64,000 nt of DNA from an uncultured delta proteobacterium (GTDB taxonomy: Bacteria; Desulfobacterota; Desulfuromonadia; Desulfuromonadales; JACZKF01): NCBI GenBank assembly GCA_963848425.1, contig CAWKDO010000005.1, forward strand, positions 82,403 through 146,402, given 5' to 3'. The translations under genes and the position numbers were made by a program. Of the stretch, positions 29,409-41,014 are shown piece after piece; positions within the stretch are counted from its first letter, which is position 1, and the number at the start of each line of letters is the position of its first letter. The notes under the pieces are model-generated. The model did no database searches and was not told the DNA's origin. It saw only the letters and a list, made by a program, of their open reading frames with translations.

Positions 29409-31006
29409 GCCGCCAGCCGCCGCGGGTGCGACCTGCACGCTGCGCCGACCTGGCCGGATTGCTTGCTGCGGCGGGGATCGTCGCCGTGCCCGGCGCCGGT
29501 CCGGCCGGCCCGGCCCGGCTGCTGGAAATCGCCGCCGCCGACTGGGGCCGGGTGGCCGCGGTCGCGGCGGCGGCCGGGCTGCGCTTCAGCGCCGTCTGGG
29601 GGGAGCATCGTCCGCCGCAGCTGCTGGTGACGGCCCTTTTGGCCGGCGGCGATGGTCACCTGCTGCTGCGTGCTTCCCTCCCCGCGGAAGCGCCGCAACT
29701 CCCTTCGCAGACCCCCTTCTTCGCCGCCGCCGACCGCCCCGAGCGGCACCTGCAGGACATGTACGGGGTGCGCTTCGCCGACCATCCCGATCCCCGCCGC
29801 TGGACCCGCCATCAGGCGTGGCCGGAAGGTTGCTTCCCACTGCGCCGCGAAGTCCCGGCCGCCGGGGAGCCGGCGGCGGAAACTCCGCCCGACTGCGACT
29901 ATCCCTTCGCGCCGATCGGCGGCGCCGGGGTCTACGAGATCCCGGTCGGGCCGGTCCATGCAGGCATCATCGAACCGGGGCATTTCCGTTTCCAAGCGGT
30001 CGGCGAGGATGTCCTGCGCCTCGAAGCGCACCTCGGCTACGTGCACAAGGGGATCGAGAAGATTGCCGAAGGGCGCGATCTGGCCGGGCTGGCGCGCCTC
30101 GCCGGGCGGGTCTCCGGTGACAGCACCGTGGCCCATGCCTGGGCCGCCTGCCAGGCGGCGGAGCGTGCCCTGGGGGTCACTCCTCCGCCCCGCGCGCTGG
30201 CCCTGCGGGCCATTTTTGCCGAACGCGAGCGTATCGCCAACCACCTCGGTGACATCGGCGCCGTCTGCAACGACGTTGGCTTCAGCTTCGCTTATGTGCA
30301 AATGACCCGCCTGCGCGAGCTTTGGCAGCGGCAGAGCGCCGCCGTCTTCGGTCACCGCCTGCTCATGGATCGGGTGGTGCCGGGCGGGGTGGCGGTCGAT
30401 CTCCCCCCGGCGCAGCGCGAGCCCCTGCGACAGGAGGCGCAGCGACTGCGGCGGGAGGTCGCGGCGCTGATGCCGCTGCTGCTCGAATATCCCTCCCTGC
30501 AGGACCGCCTGCGCGACACCGGGGTGCTGACCCTGGCGGCCGCCGAACGGCTCGGCGTTCTCGGCTATCTGGCACGGGCCAGCAACCTGCAGGAGGATCT
30601 GCGGCGCGATGCGCCCTATCCCCCCTATGATCGACTGCAAGTCGAGGTCCCGGCCTACCTGGAAGGGGATGTGGCGAAACGGGTGCGGGTGCGCGGCGAT
30701 GAGATCCTGATCTCCCTGAACCTGATCACCTCCTTATTGGAGAATTTGCCGGCCGGGCCGCTGCGGGAGCAGTTGCCGGCTCCGGGGCGGGAGTGCGAAG
30801 GGCTTGGCCTGATCGAGGGATGGCGCGGCGAAACGGTTGCCTATCTGCGCCTCGATGGAGCAGGGCGGGTGCTGCGCTACTTCCCGCGCGATCCAAGCTG
30901 GCTCAACTGGCCGGCCCTCGAAGTGCTGATCGCCGGAAATATCGTCCCCGATTTTCCGGTCTGCAATAAATCGGTGAACGGCTCCTATTCGGGGCAGGAT
31001 TTGTGA
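29405..31006 (+). CDS. Large subunit, NuoC+NuoD/HyfG-like, without NiFe ligands (EhrL type, complex 1)
   Basis: GPVHAGIIEPGHFRF; RVSGDS replaces RxCGxC; ends DFPVCNKSVNGSYSGQDL rather than DPCxxC. Confidence 0.9.
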   Translation: MSRQPPRVRPARCADLAGLLAAAGIVAVPGAGPAGPARLLEIAAADWGRVAAVAAAAGLRFSAVWGEHRPPQLLVTALLAGGDGHLLLRASLPAEAPQLPSQTPFFAAADRPERHLQDMYGVRFADHPDPRRWTRHQAWPEGCFPLRREVPAAGEPAAETPPDCDYPFAPIGGAGVYEIPVGPVHAGIIEPGHFRFQAVGEDVLRLEAHLGYVHKGIEKIAEGRDLAGLARLAGRVSGDSTVAHAWAACQAAERALGVTPPPRALALRAIFAERERIANHLGDIGAVCNDVGFSFAYVQMTRLRELWQRQSAAVFGHRLLMDRVVPGGVAVDLPPAQREPLRQEAQRLRREVAALMPLLLEYPSLQDRLRDTGVLTLAAAERLGVLGYLARASNLQEDLRRDAPYPPYDRLQVEVPAYLEGDVAKRVRVRGDEILISLNLITSLLENLPAGPLREQLPAPGRECEGLGLIEGWRGETVAYLRLDGAGRVLRYFPRDPSWLNWPALEVLIAGNIVPDFPVCNKSVNGSYSGQDL

Positions 31007-31025
31007 ACCGCAATTACGAACATTT

Positions 31026-31097
31026 GTAGGGGCACGGCGGGCCGTGCCCGATTGCCGTGCATTGGACCAGACAGGGCACGGCACGCCGTGCCCCTAC
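31026..31097. repeat. REP doublet (REPIN-like, GTAG class)
   Basis: GTAGGGGCACGGCGGGCCGTGCCC ... GGGCACGGCACGCCGTGCCCCTAC, two inverted palindromic units. Confidence 0.8.
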
Positions 31098-31110
31098 CGA
31101 GGAATGACCC

Positions 31111-31620
31111 ATGCTGCGTATCTTTAGTAAAATCCTGCGCACCGGGCGGCTGACCGAGCCGCTCCCCGCCGCTGACCAGAAGGTGGCCGAGTTCGGCGCC
31201 GCCTGCCAGCGGGAGATTGCCGCCAGGTTCGGCGGCTCCCTCGCCATCCGCATGGTAGATGCCGGCTCCTGCAACGGCTGCGAGCTGGAGATGCACGCGG
31301 TCAACAACGGTTTTTACGATATCGAGCGCTTCGGCATCCACTTCGTCGCCTCGCCACGCCACGCCGACCTGTTGCTGGTGACCGGTCCCGTCTCGCGTCA
31401 CATGCAGGCAGCCTTGCAGCGCACCTATGCGGCGACACCGGCGCCAAAGTTGGTGGTGGCGATGGGCGACTGCGGCGCCGATGGCGGCGAGTTCGGCATC
31501 TCCTACGCGAGTTGCGGGGCGGTGGCCAACGTTATCCCGGTTGACGCGGTGATCCGCGGCTGCCCGCCGACCCCTCTGCAATTGTTGCAGGGACTTTTGG
31601 AACTTCTGCAGCGCCGCTGA
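31111..31620 (+). CDS. Small Fe-S subunit, NuoB/HyfI-like (complex 1)
   Basis: DAGSCNGCELE, FVASPRHAD, GDC, GCPPTP. Confidence 0.9.
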   Translation: MLRIFSKILRTGRLTEPLPAADQKVAEFGAACQREIAARFGGSLAIRMVDAGSCNGCELEMHAVNNGFYDIERFGIHFVASPRHADLLLVTGPVSRHMQAALQRTYAATPAPKLVVAMGDCGADGGEFGISYASCGAVANVIPVDAVIRGCPPTPLQLLQGLLELLQRR

Positions 31621-31654
31621 GCAGGTGCCCCCCCGCTTCCGGCCAAATTTCTCC

Positions 31655-31700
31655 TTGACAGCTGTCCCAATTTGAGAATAGTGTCCACAAATGTCCATAG
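31655..31700 (+). promoter_or_regulatory. Promoter region with ~10 bp-phased direct repeats
   Basis: TTGACA at 31655; TGTCC at 31663, 31682, 31692 and TGAGA at 31673. Confidence 0.45.
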
Positions 31701-31731
31701 CTCGGGCTCGATTTCATCCCTTGGGGGAAAT

Positions 31732-32409
31732 GTGAATATTTCGGTCAAGGAAGCCGCCAGGCTTCTGGCGGTTTCGGAAAAGACCGTTTATCGGTGGATC
31801 AAGGGAGAGATCATCCCGGCTTACAGGGTCCATGAGAGTTACCGGTTCAACCGCGCCGAACTGCTGGAATGGGCAACTTCGCGGCGACTGGGGATCGCCC
31901 CGGACGTTTTCGATGAGCCGGAGACCGATGCCCAGCCGCTGCCGAGCTTGGCGACCGCCCTGGAAGATGGGGGGGTTTTTTATCGCATCGAGGGAACCAC
32001 CCGGGAAGAGGCGCTGGCCGATACGGTGGCGCATCTGCGGTTGCCCGAGGAGGTGGATCGTAATTTTCTCTACAAGGTGCTGCTCGCCCGCGAGCGGATC
32101 GCCTCCACCGGCGTCGGCAACGGAATGGCTATTCCGCACCCGCGCGATCCGGTTTTGCTGCACGTCTCCCGGCCGACGGTGACCCTCTGTTTTCTGGAAC
32201 ATGCGGTCGACTACCAGGCGCTCGACGGCCGGCCGGTCAATACCCTCTTCACCCTGATCACCCCCACTCGCCGTGCCCATCTTTACCTCCTCTCACTGCT
32301 CGGCTTCGTGCTGCGCGATCCGGCCTTTCTCCAGGTGTTATTGCACCAGGGGAGCCGTGAGGAGATCTTCATCAGTTTGCGCCGCGTCGAAGAGAGCCTG
32401 AAAAAATGA
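31732..32409 (+). CDS. Excisionase-type HTH fused to PTS EIIA (Ntr/fructose-type) domain
   Basis: SVKEAARLLAVSEKTVYRW..YRFNRAELLEW; ARERIASTGVGNGMAIPH with phospho-His motif; GTG start after GGGGG. Confidence 0.9.
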   Translation: MNISVKEAARLLAVSEKTVYRWIKGEIIPAYRVHESYRFNRAELLEWATSRRLGIAPDVFDEPETDAQPLPSLATALEDGGVFYRIEGTTREEALADTVAHLRLPEEVDRNFLYKVLLARERIASTGVGNGMAIPHPRDPVLLHVSRPTVTLCFLEHAVDYQALDGRPVNTLFTLITPTRRAHLYLLSLLGFVLRDPAFLQVLLHQGSREEIFISLRRVEESLKK

Positions 32410-32419
32410 GGTTGATACG

Positions 32420-34420
32420 TTGTTAATACTGGCCCTGCTGATTATTCTTGCCGGCGGCAGCGCCGCCCTCCTGGCCGGCCGCCGCACCGCCCTGGCCGCA
32501 TCGCTGGCGGTGGGCGCCACTGTAATCGGCTCCCTGCTCGGGCTTTGGAGCGCCGTTTCCATTCTCCTCGGCCACACCGCCAGCCTGAGTACGACTCTTC
32601 CCTGGCCGGTGCCGGGCGGAAGGATGGCGCTGGCCCTCGATCCGCTGAGCGCTTTTTTCCTGGTACCGATTTTTCTCCTCTCCCCCCTCTGTGCCATCTA
32701 TGGGGCCGCCTACCTCAAGGGGGAAGGCGCCCATCGCTCTCTCGGCCCCCAATGGTTTTTCTTCAACGGCCTGGTCGCGGCGATGGCGCTGGTGGTCACC
32801 GCTGCCAACGCCGTCCTGTTTCTCGCCGCCTGGGAAATCATGTCCCTTGCCTCCTTTTTTCTGGTGGCATTCGATCACCAGCGGCCGGAGGTGCGCCGGG
32901 CGGCCTGGACCTACCTGCTCGCCTGTCATCTCGGCGGTGCCTGCCTGTTTGCCCTCTTTCTGCTCGCCGGGCAATTCTGCGGCAGCCTCGACTTTGCCGA
33001 TTTTGCCCCGCTCGCGACGGCCGGTGCGGGGCTCGCCCTGATGCTCTTTCTGCTCGCCCTGATCGGCTTCGGCACCAAGGCGGGGCTGCTGCCGCTGCAC
33101 GTCTGGCTGCCGGATGCCCATCCGGCCGCTCCCAGCCACGTCTCCGCTCTGATGTCCGGGGTGATGGTCAAAACCGGGATTTACGGCATCCTGCGCGTTC
33201 TTACCTGGTTGCCGCTGCCACCGGCCTGGTGGGGCATCCTGCTGGCGGTGCTGGGAATCCTCGGCGCCCTTTTCGGCATTGCCATGGCGGTGCTGCAGGG
33301 GGACATCAAACGCTGTCTGGCCTACTCCACGGTTGAGAACGTCGGCATCATCTTTCTCGGTCTCGGCCTGGGGCTGTACGGGGTGGGGGAAGGGTTGCCC
33401 GGTATCGCTGCCCTCGGCTTCGCGGGTGGGTTGCTGCACCTGTGGAATCATGCGCTCTTCAAGGGACTGATGTTTCTTGGCGCCGGCAGCCTCGTCCATA
33501 GCACCGGCACGCGCGACCTGAGCCGGATGGGAGGGCTGCTGCGACGGATGCCGATGACCGCCACCCTGCTGATCGGCGGCAGCCTGGCAATTGCCGCCCT
33601 CCCGCCGCTGAATGGTCTGGTCAGCGAATGGCTGATCTACCTCGGGCTGCTCCAGGCGGGACTGCTCTATGGCAGTTATGCCGGACTGGTGCCGTTGCTC
33701 ATGGTCGGTCTGCTCGGGGTGACGGGCGCCTTGGCAATGGTGGTGTTCACCCGACTGGTCGGCATTGCGCTGCTCGGCGAACCGCGTTCCCCGGCTTCAG
33801 CCGCCGCCCATGAGGCGCCTCTGGCCATGACCTTGCCGATGCAGGTGCTGCTCGCCGGATGCCTGGCTATTGGGCTCTTCCCCCAGGCCGCCGGCCGTCT
33901 TTTGACCGGTCCTTTGCAGATCCTGGCGCCGGGGGCTTCTCTGCCGCTTAATGAGCTGTTCGGACCTCTTGCCCGATTGGGTCGCTGGGGCGGTCTTCTG
34001 CTGCTGGGACTGGCGGCTGCCGGTTTGCTTATGGCGTGGTTGCAAAAGGTTCGACCTTCGGCCCGGGCGGCGACCTGGGGGTGCGGGTTCGCTTTTCCTT
34101 CGGCACGCATGTCTTACACCGCGGTAGCTTTTGCCGAGCTGGCCCAGTCCCGACTGCTGCCGGCAGTCCTGCGCCCGGAGATCGAACAGTTCAGTCCCCA
34201 AGGGCTCTTCCCGGTGCCGGGGCGATTGCAGCAGACCTCCCGTGATCCGTTGCTGAGTCGCTGCTTCCAGCCGCTGTTCACCTATCTTGGGGATCGGGCG
34301 GTGCGTCTGCGCTGGTTGCAACAGGGGCGGTTGCCGATCTATCTGCTCTATATCTTCCTGACCTGCGTTGTGCTCATGGTCTGGAGCATCCTGGCTGAGC
34401 GGGGTTGGGGAGGCGGATGA
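32420..34420 (+). CDS. Antiporter-like subunit EhrA-1 (HyfB-like, complex 2)
   Basis: AWEIMS, GFGTKAG..PLHVWLPDAHPAAPSH, KRCLAYSTVENVG, TWGCG. Confidence 0.9.
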   Translation: MLILALLIILAGGSAALLAGRRTALAASLAVGATVIGSLLGLWSAVSILLGHTASLSTTLPWPVPGGRMALALDPLSAFFLVPIFLLSPLCAIYGAAYLKGEGAHRSLGPQWFFFNGLVAAMALVVTAANAVLFLAAWEIMSLASFFLVAFDHQRPEVRRAAWTYLLACHLGGACLFALFLLAGQFCGSLDFADFAPLATAGAGLALMLFLLALIGFGTKAGLLPLHVWLPDAHPAAPSHVSALMSGVMVKTGIYGILRVLTWLPLPPAWWGILLAVLGILGALFGIAMAVLQGDIKRCLAYSTVENVGIIFLGLGLGLYGVGEGLPGIAALGFAGGLLHLWNHALFKGLMFLGAGSLVHSTGTRDLSRMGGLLRRMPMTATLLIGGSLAIAALPPLNGLVSEWLIYLGLLQAGLLYGSYAGLVPLLMVGLLGVTGALAMVVFTRLVGIALLGEPRSPASAAAHEAPLAMTLPMQVLLAGCLAIGLFPQAAGRLLTGPLQILAPGASLPLNELFGPLARLGRWGGLLLLGLAAAGLLMAWLQKVRPSARAATWGCGFAFPSARMSYTAVAFAELAQSRLLPAVLRPEIEQFSPQGLFPVPGRLQQTSRDPLLSRCFQPLFTYLGDRAVRLRWLQQGRLPIYLLYIFLTCVVLMVWSILAERGWGGG

Positions 34421-36434
34421 TGCTCTGGCTGATTGCTGCCGCGCTGTCGATTGCCCTCTCGGGGGTCCCCGGCCTGTTTTTTCGTCCTGACCGCAGGGCC
34501 GGTGAACGGCTGGCCTGTCTGCTGGTGCTGGCCGGGGCCGCTTGCGGCTTTACCGGCGTGGCTGGCGGTCTGCTGGGCCGGGGAGGGGAGGTTTTTACTC
34601 TGCCCTGGAGCATTCCGGGTGGCGAGCTGGTGCTGCGCCTCGACCCTTTGTCGGCAATCTTTCTATTACCGCTCCTGCTGGTTCTTGCCTGGGTGCGGTC
34701 TACGGCCTCGGCTACTGGCCGCAGCGCGAGCATCCCGGCAACGGCCGGCGCTTCCGCCTCTTCTTCGGTTTGCTCGGCGCCTCCATGCTGCTGGTGCTGG
34801 CCGCCGACAACAGCCTGCTCTTCCTGCTTGGCCTGGGAAGTGATGGCGGTCGCCGCCTTCTTCCTGGTCACCACCGAGCAGGAAAAGGCCGAGGCGCGCC
34901 GCGCCGGTTTCATCTACCTGGTCGCCGACCCACACCGGGGCGCTGGCCCTCTTCGCCCTGTTTGCCCTGCTCGCGCAAGATACCGGCTCCTTGCACTTCC
35001 CGGCCGCGGCCAGACCTGGCCGGCGGCGGCGCCACCCTGATCTTTCTCCTCGGCCTGTTCGGCTTCGGCCTCAAGGCCGGCCTGATGCCGCTGCACATCT
35101 GGCTTGCCGGTCGCCCACGCCGCCGCCCCCAGCCACGCCTCGGCGCTGCTGTCGGGGATCGATGATCAAGACCGGCATCTACGGCCTGCTGCGGCTGACC
35201 TCGTTCTTTGTCGACATTCCCCCCTGGTGGGGGTGGACGGTGCTGCTGCTCGGCGTGTCTCCGGGATTTTCGGCGTGGCTCTGGCGCTGGCCCAGCACGA
35301 CCTCAAGCGACTGCTCGCCTATCACAGCGTCGAGAACATCGGCATCATCGCCATCGGCCTCGGCCTGGCCCTGCTCGGGCCGCAGCTTCGGCATGGCCGG
35401 CAACTGGTGCTGCTCGGGATCGCCGGCGCGCTGCTGCACGTGATCAACCACGGCCTGTTCAAGTCGCTGCTCTTTTAAGCGCCGGTGCGGTGGTCCATGC
35501 CACCGGCAGCCGGGAGATCGACCATTACGGCGGGCTGCTGCAGCCGGCAGCCGTGGACCGCGGTCTGTTTCCTCGGCGGCGCCGTGGCGATCTGCGGCCT
35601 GCCGCCGCTCAACGGTTTCGTCAGCGAGTGGCTGATCTATCTGGCGGCTTTCGGCGCCCTCAGCGGCGACGGCCTGACCCTGCGCCTGGCGGTGCTGGCG
35701 GCGCCGGCCCTGGCGCTGATCGGCGGCTTGGCGCTGGCCTGCTTCGTCAAGGTCTTCGGCGTGGCCTTCCTCGGCGCGCCGCGCACCGCCGGCGGCCGCA
35801 GCCGTCGCGCACGATGCCGCGCCGAGCATGCGCTGGGCCGATGCTGGCGCTGCTGGCTGGTCTGTGCCTGGATCGGCCTGCTTCCCGGTGACGCTGGCGC
35901 CGCTGCTGCAGAGCGCGGCGGTCAGCCTGGGTCGCCGCTGGCGCGGCGCGCCAGCTCTGACGGCGACCGTTGGCGCCGCTGCCGCTGGTCGGCGCCGTCG
36001 GCTGGGTGCTGCTGCTGGCTGTCTGCGGTCGCTTGGCTTGTGGCTGCACCGCCGCACGCGCGGCGGCGCCGCGCGACGTGTCCGACCTGGGGATGCGGCT
36101 ATGCCTGGCGCCGACGCCGCGCATGCAGTACACCGCCTCGTCGTTCGCCGATTTCCTGGTCAGCCAGTTCCGCTTCGGGCTCGTGGACCGAGCGCCACGG
36201 CGGCAAGGTGCGCGGGCTCTTCCCCGCTGCCGGGACAGTTTGCCAGCCACACCCCCGATAGCGTGCTCGACCGCGCCCTGCTGCCGGGCTTCCGGCTGCT
36301 GGCGCGTGGCTGCAGCTGGCTGCGCGCCCGGGTCCAGAACGGCCTGGTCGCCCACCTACCTGCTGTATGTCGCCGTGACCTTGCTGGTCCTGCTGATCGC
36401 TGATGGCGCGTCTGAAGGGAGAGCGACCGTATGA
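34417..36434 (+). CDS. Antiporter-like subunit EhrA-2 (complex 2), heavily frameshifted; end approximate
   Basis: Fragments GFGLKAGLMPLHIWL, HAAAPSHASALLSG, KRLLAYHSVENIG, PPLNGFVSEW, TWGCGY, RMQYT. Confidence 0.8.
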
Positions 36435-37352
36435 TGCTGGCCCGCACTGCTGCTGCACCTGACTCTGCTGCTGCTCTTCGCCCCGCTGCTGCTGGGGGTG
36501 ATCGTCAAGACCAAGGCGCTCTTCGCCGGCCGGGTCGGGCGCGCCGCTGCTGCAGCCGTATTACGATCTGGCCCGGCTGCTGGCGCAAGGAGTGCGTCTT
36601 CAGCCGCACCACCACCTGGGTCTTCCGGGCCGGGCCGGTGGTCGGCGTGGCGGTGCCGGTGCTGGCCGCGCTGCTGATGCCCTTCGGCGCCCTCCCGGCG
36701 CCGCTCTCCTTTACCGGCGATCTGATCCTGTTCGTCTACCTCTTCGGCCTGGCGCGCTTCTTCACCGTGGCCGCGGCCCTGGATACCGGTTCGAGCTTCG
36801 AAGGGATGGGCGGCGCCCGCGAGGTGACCTTTTCCTGCCTGGCCGAGCCGACCGTGCTCTTCTGCCTGATCGTCCTGGCCCGGCTCGCCGGCGGCCTGTC
36901 CCTCAACGCCCTGCTCGGCCCGCATCTGGCCGCCGCCTGGCGGGGCCGGCCGGCGCCTCCCTCGGCCTGGTGCTGGTCTGCCTGCTGGTGGTGCTGCTGG
37001 TGGAGAACTCCCGCATCCCCTTCGACGACCCGAATACCCATCTGGAACTGACCATGATCCACGAGGTCATGGTCCTCGACCACAGCGGCCCGGCCTTCGG
37101 CCTGATCCTCTACGGCGCGGCGCTGAAGCTGATGGTGCTCGGCGCCCTGCTGGTGCGCCTGCTGCTGCCGGTGGCCACCGGGCACCTGGCTGGCGATGCC
37201 CTGCTCTTTCTCGGCCGGGATGCTGCTGCTGGCGGTGCTGATCGGCGTGATCGAATCGGTCATGGCCCGCCTGCGGCTGGTGCGCATTCCGCAGCTGCTG
37301 ATCGGCACCACCCTGCTGTCCGGTCTTTGCCCTGGTCCTGGTGCTGCGCTGA
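36431..37352 (+). CDS. NuoH-like subunit EhrB (complex 2), frameshifted
   Basis: LDTGSSFEGMGGARE, ENSRIPFDDPNTHLELTMIHEVM. Confidence 0.8.
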
Positions 37353-37384
37353 ACGTCGCTCGGACGCACGGGAGTGACGAGTCG

Positions 37385-38026
37385 ATGACCGAACTCGAGC
37401 AACTTCTGTCCTGCTGCTGGTCATCCTGCATCAACTTCTTCGCTCTGGGCAGTTCCCGGCTGGGCGCCTGCATCCGCGCGGTCGCCCTGCAGGGGGCGGT
37501 GCTGGCGCTGCTGCCGCTGGCCGCCCACGGCTTGTCCGGCCATGCCCTGCTGCTGGCCGTCGGCGCCCTGGCCCTCAAGGGGGTGCTGATCCCCTGGCTG
37601 CTGCTGCGGGCGATCCGCGAAGTGCACATCCGTCGCGAGATGGAGCCGCTGATCGGCTTCGTGCCGACCCTGCTGCTCGGGGCGCTGGCCACCGCCGGGG
37701 CCTTCATCTTCGCCGACCTGCTGCCGCTGATCGACGCCCATCAGGGGGGGCTGTTCATCCCGACCTCCCTGGCCACCCTGTTCACCGGTTTTCTGCTGCT
37801 GATCACCCGGCGCAAGGCGATCACCCAGGTGCTCGGCTACCTGATGCTGGAGAACGGCATCTTCATCTTCGGCATCCTGCTGGCCGAGGCGATGCCGCTG
37901 ATGGTCGAGGCCGGGGTGCTGCTCGACCTGCTGGTCGGCGTCTTCGTCATGGGGATCGTCATCGACCAGATCAACCGCGAATTCTCCACCCTCGACACCG
38001 AGCGGCTCTCGGCCCTCAAGGAATGA
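37385..38026 (+). CDS. HyfE-like subunit EhrC (complex 2)
   Basis: RRKAITQVLGYLMLENG, MPLMVEAGVLLD. Confidence 0.82.
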   Translation: MTELEQLLSCCWSSCINFFALGSSRLGACIRAVALQGAVLALLPLAAHGLSGHALLLAVGALALKGVLIPWLLLRAIREVHIRREMEPLIGFVPTLLLGALATAGAFIFADLLPLIDAHQGGLFIPTSLATLFTGFLLLITRRKAITQVLGYLMLENGIFIFGILLAEAMPLMVEAGVLLDLLVGVFVMGIVIDQINREFSTLDTERLSALKE

Positions 38027-38030
38027 GCTG

Positions 38031-39472
38031 ATGCTCGCCGTCCTGATCCTCGTTCCCCTGCTGCTGGCCGTCCTGGCGCCTGTTCGCTCCCCTGGTACCG
38101 GGTGCGCTCCTGGCTGCTGCCGCTGGCCGGCGGCGTGCACCTGCTGCTGGTGGTGCTGAGCGCTGGGGCACGTGGCCGACGCCGCCCCCGGCGACCTGGA
38201 TCGGCCTGGATCCCGCTGTCGCGCCTGGTGCTGCTGGTCGCCAGCCTGCTCTTTCTGGGCTGCGCCTTCTACGCGGTCGGCTACCTGGAGCTGCGCCGCG
38301 ACCGCGGCAACCGGGTGATGGTCCCCTGCCTGCTGGTCTTCCTGTCCGCGCTGACCCTGGCGGCCATGTCCCGCCATCTCGGGCTGCTCTGGCTGGCGGT
38401 CGAGACGACCACCCTGGCCAGCGCGCCGCTGATCTACTACAACCGCAACCGGCTCTCCATCGAGGCGACCTGGAAGTACCTGCTGATCTGCTCGGTGGGC
38501 ATCGCCCTGGCCATGCTCGGCATGCTCTTTGTCGCCTATGCCGCCCTGCGCGGCGGCGGCGCCGGTCAGCCTGCAGCTCGACGACCTGCTGGCCGCCGGG
38601 CCGCTCCTCTCCCGTCCCTGGCTGCAATGCCGGCTTCGTCTTCCTGCTGGTCGGCTTCGGCACCAAGATGGGGCTGGCGCCGCTGCATACCTGGAAGCCC
38701 GATGCCTACGGCGAGGCGCCGGGGCTGGTCGGCGCGCTGCTGGCCGGCGGGCTGACCAGCGTCGCCTTTCTCGCCGTGCTGCGCGGCATGCAGATCATGG
38801 ACGCCGCCGGCGATCTGGCCACTGGCCCGCCAGCCGCTGCTCGGCCTGGGGCTCCTCTCGCTGCTGCTCGCCGCGGTCTTCATGGTGCGCCAGACCGACA
38901 TCAAGCGGATGCTCGCCTATTCCAGCGTCGAGCACATGGGGATCCTCGCCGTCGGCGTCGGCATCGGCGGGCTGGCCACCTTCGGCGCCCTGCTGCATCT
39001 GGTCAACAACGCCCTGACCAAGGGGTGCCTGTTCCTCGCCGCCGGCAACATCCACCGCGCCTTCGCCAGCAAGCAGCTCTGCCGAGGTGCGCGGGGCGCT
39101 GCGCCGCCCTGCCGCTCTCCGGCAGCGCTCTTTCTGGCCGGCTTTCCTGGCCGTCACCGGCTCGCCGCCCTTCGGCCCCTTCCTCAGCGAATTCACCATC
39201 CTGCGCGGCATTTTCGGCGCCGGCCAGATCTGGGTCGGCGGCGCTGTTCCTGCTGCTGCTGGCGACGGTCTTCATCGGCATGGGCGCGACCGTGCTCGCC
39301 GTCACCCAGGGGGAGCCGATGCGAGCCCGAGCTGCACCTTCAAGGATCGGCTCCTGCTGGTGGCGCCGCCGCTGGCTTCTGCTGCTGGCGGTGCTGGTGC
39401 TCGGCCTCTACCTCCCGCCCCCGTTGCGCCGCTGCTGGAGCAGGCGCCGCCCTGCTGGAGGTGCAGCCATGA
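38031..39472 (+). CDS. HyfF-like antiporter subunit EhrD (complex 2), frameshifted
   Basis: SIEATWKY, KMGLAPLHTWKPDAYGEAP, KRMLAYSSVEHMG. Confidence 0.8.
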
Positions 39473-41010
39473 GCCTGCGCGATGCATGCCGCATGACAGA
39501 ATGGCGGCGCGATTCCCCTGGCCGATCTGCCGGCTCTCGCCTATGCCGATTTCGCCGATGCCCTGCTGCCTGAAGTGAGCCGAGCGGGGCCGGGTCGTCG
39601 CCTACTTTGCCGTGCCGAGCGCGGGCAGATGAGCTGGAACTTTTCGCCATGATCGCCCGGGACTGGCAGGGCGATCTGCTGGCCTGCTGCGCACGCGGAT
39701 CGGACGACCGTTTCCCTCCCTGACCCCGCGATTGCCCGCAAGTCCACCTCTTCGAGCGGGAGATCGCCGAACAGTACGGCGTCGTTCCCGAGGGCCACCC
39801 CTGGTTCAAGCCGGTGCGCTTTCACCCAGCTGGCGCGCCGGCCGCGATGCCTGGGGCCGCGCGCAGGAGCGGCATCCGATTGCCGGGCGATGATGGACTT
39901 CTACCGGGTCGAGGGGGAGGAGGTCCACGAGGTCGCGGTCGGCCCGGTCCATGCCGGGGTCATCGAGCCGGGGCATTTCCGCTTTCAGTGCCACGGCGAG
40001 AAGGTCATGCACCTGGAGATCTCCCTCGGCTACCAGCACCGCGGCATCGAACCGCTGCTGCTCGGCGGGCCCGCATCCGGCCACCCTCCATCAGATCGAG
40101 ACGGTCGGCCGGCGACACCACCATCGGCCATGCCAGCGCCTACTGCCATGGTGCTCGAAGGGCTTGCCGGGGCCACCGCGCCGCCGCGCGCCGCCGCCCT
40201 GCGCGCGGTGGCCCTGGAACTGGAGCGGCTGGCCAACCACGTCGGCGATATCGGCGCCCTGGCCGGCGATGTCGGCTTTCTGCCCACCGCCTCCTTTTGC
40301 GGGCGGATGCGCGGCGACTACCTGAACCTGACCGCCGAGCTCTGCGGCAGCCGTTTCGGCCGCGGCCTGGTGCGTCCCGGCGGGGTGCGGCTTCGATCTC
40401 GATGCAGCGCTTGGCCGGCCGGCTGCTGCAGCGGCTGGATCGCGGTCGAACGGGATACGCGCGGCGCGATCGAACTCTTCTTCGATACCCCTTCGGTGCT
40501 GGCCCGGCTGGAAGGGACCGGGCGGGTGACGGTCGATGACGCCGAGAGCTCTCGGGCTGGTCGGCGTGGCGGCCCGCGCCTGCGGCCTGGCCGTCGATGC
40601 GCGCCTGCACCACCCGCTCGGCGCCTATGTCAGACGACTTTGACCAAGCGGTCATCGAAGAGGGCGGCGATGTCTATGCCCGGGCCAACATCCGGCGCCG
40701 GGAGATCTACAATTCGCTGGAACTGGGTCAAACAGACCTTGCGCGAACCTGCCGGCCGGCGAGTTTGCCGGGAACTGCCGCCACCGGCGCCGGACAGCTT
40801 GGCGGTGGCGCTGGTCGAAGGGTGGCGCGGCGAGGTGGTCCATGTCGGCGCTGACCGATCCCAGCCGGGCGCTTTGCGCGCTACAAGATCGTCGACCCGT
40901 CCTTCCGCAACTGGAGCGGGCTGGCCATGGCGCTGCGCGGCGAGCAGATATCCGATTTCCCGCTGTGCAACAAGAGCTTCAACTTATCCTACTGCGGCTT
41001 CGATCTGTAG
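39469..41010 (+). CDS. Large subunit EhrL without NiFe ligands (complex 2), frameshifted
   Basis: GPVHAGVIEPGHFRF; ET..GDTTIGH replaces RxCGxC; ends DFPLCNKSFNLSYCGFDL-TAG. Confidence 0.82.
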
Positions 41011-41014
41011 ATCT

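Noticed and set aside
29405-31006. Calling the complexes hydrogenase-4 or formate hydrogenlyase
   Set aside because: Both large subunits lack the NiFe cysteine motifs; no hyp or fdh genes nearby
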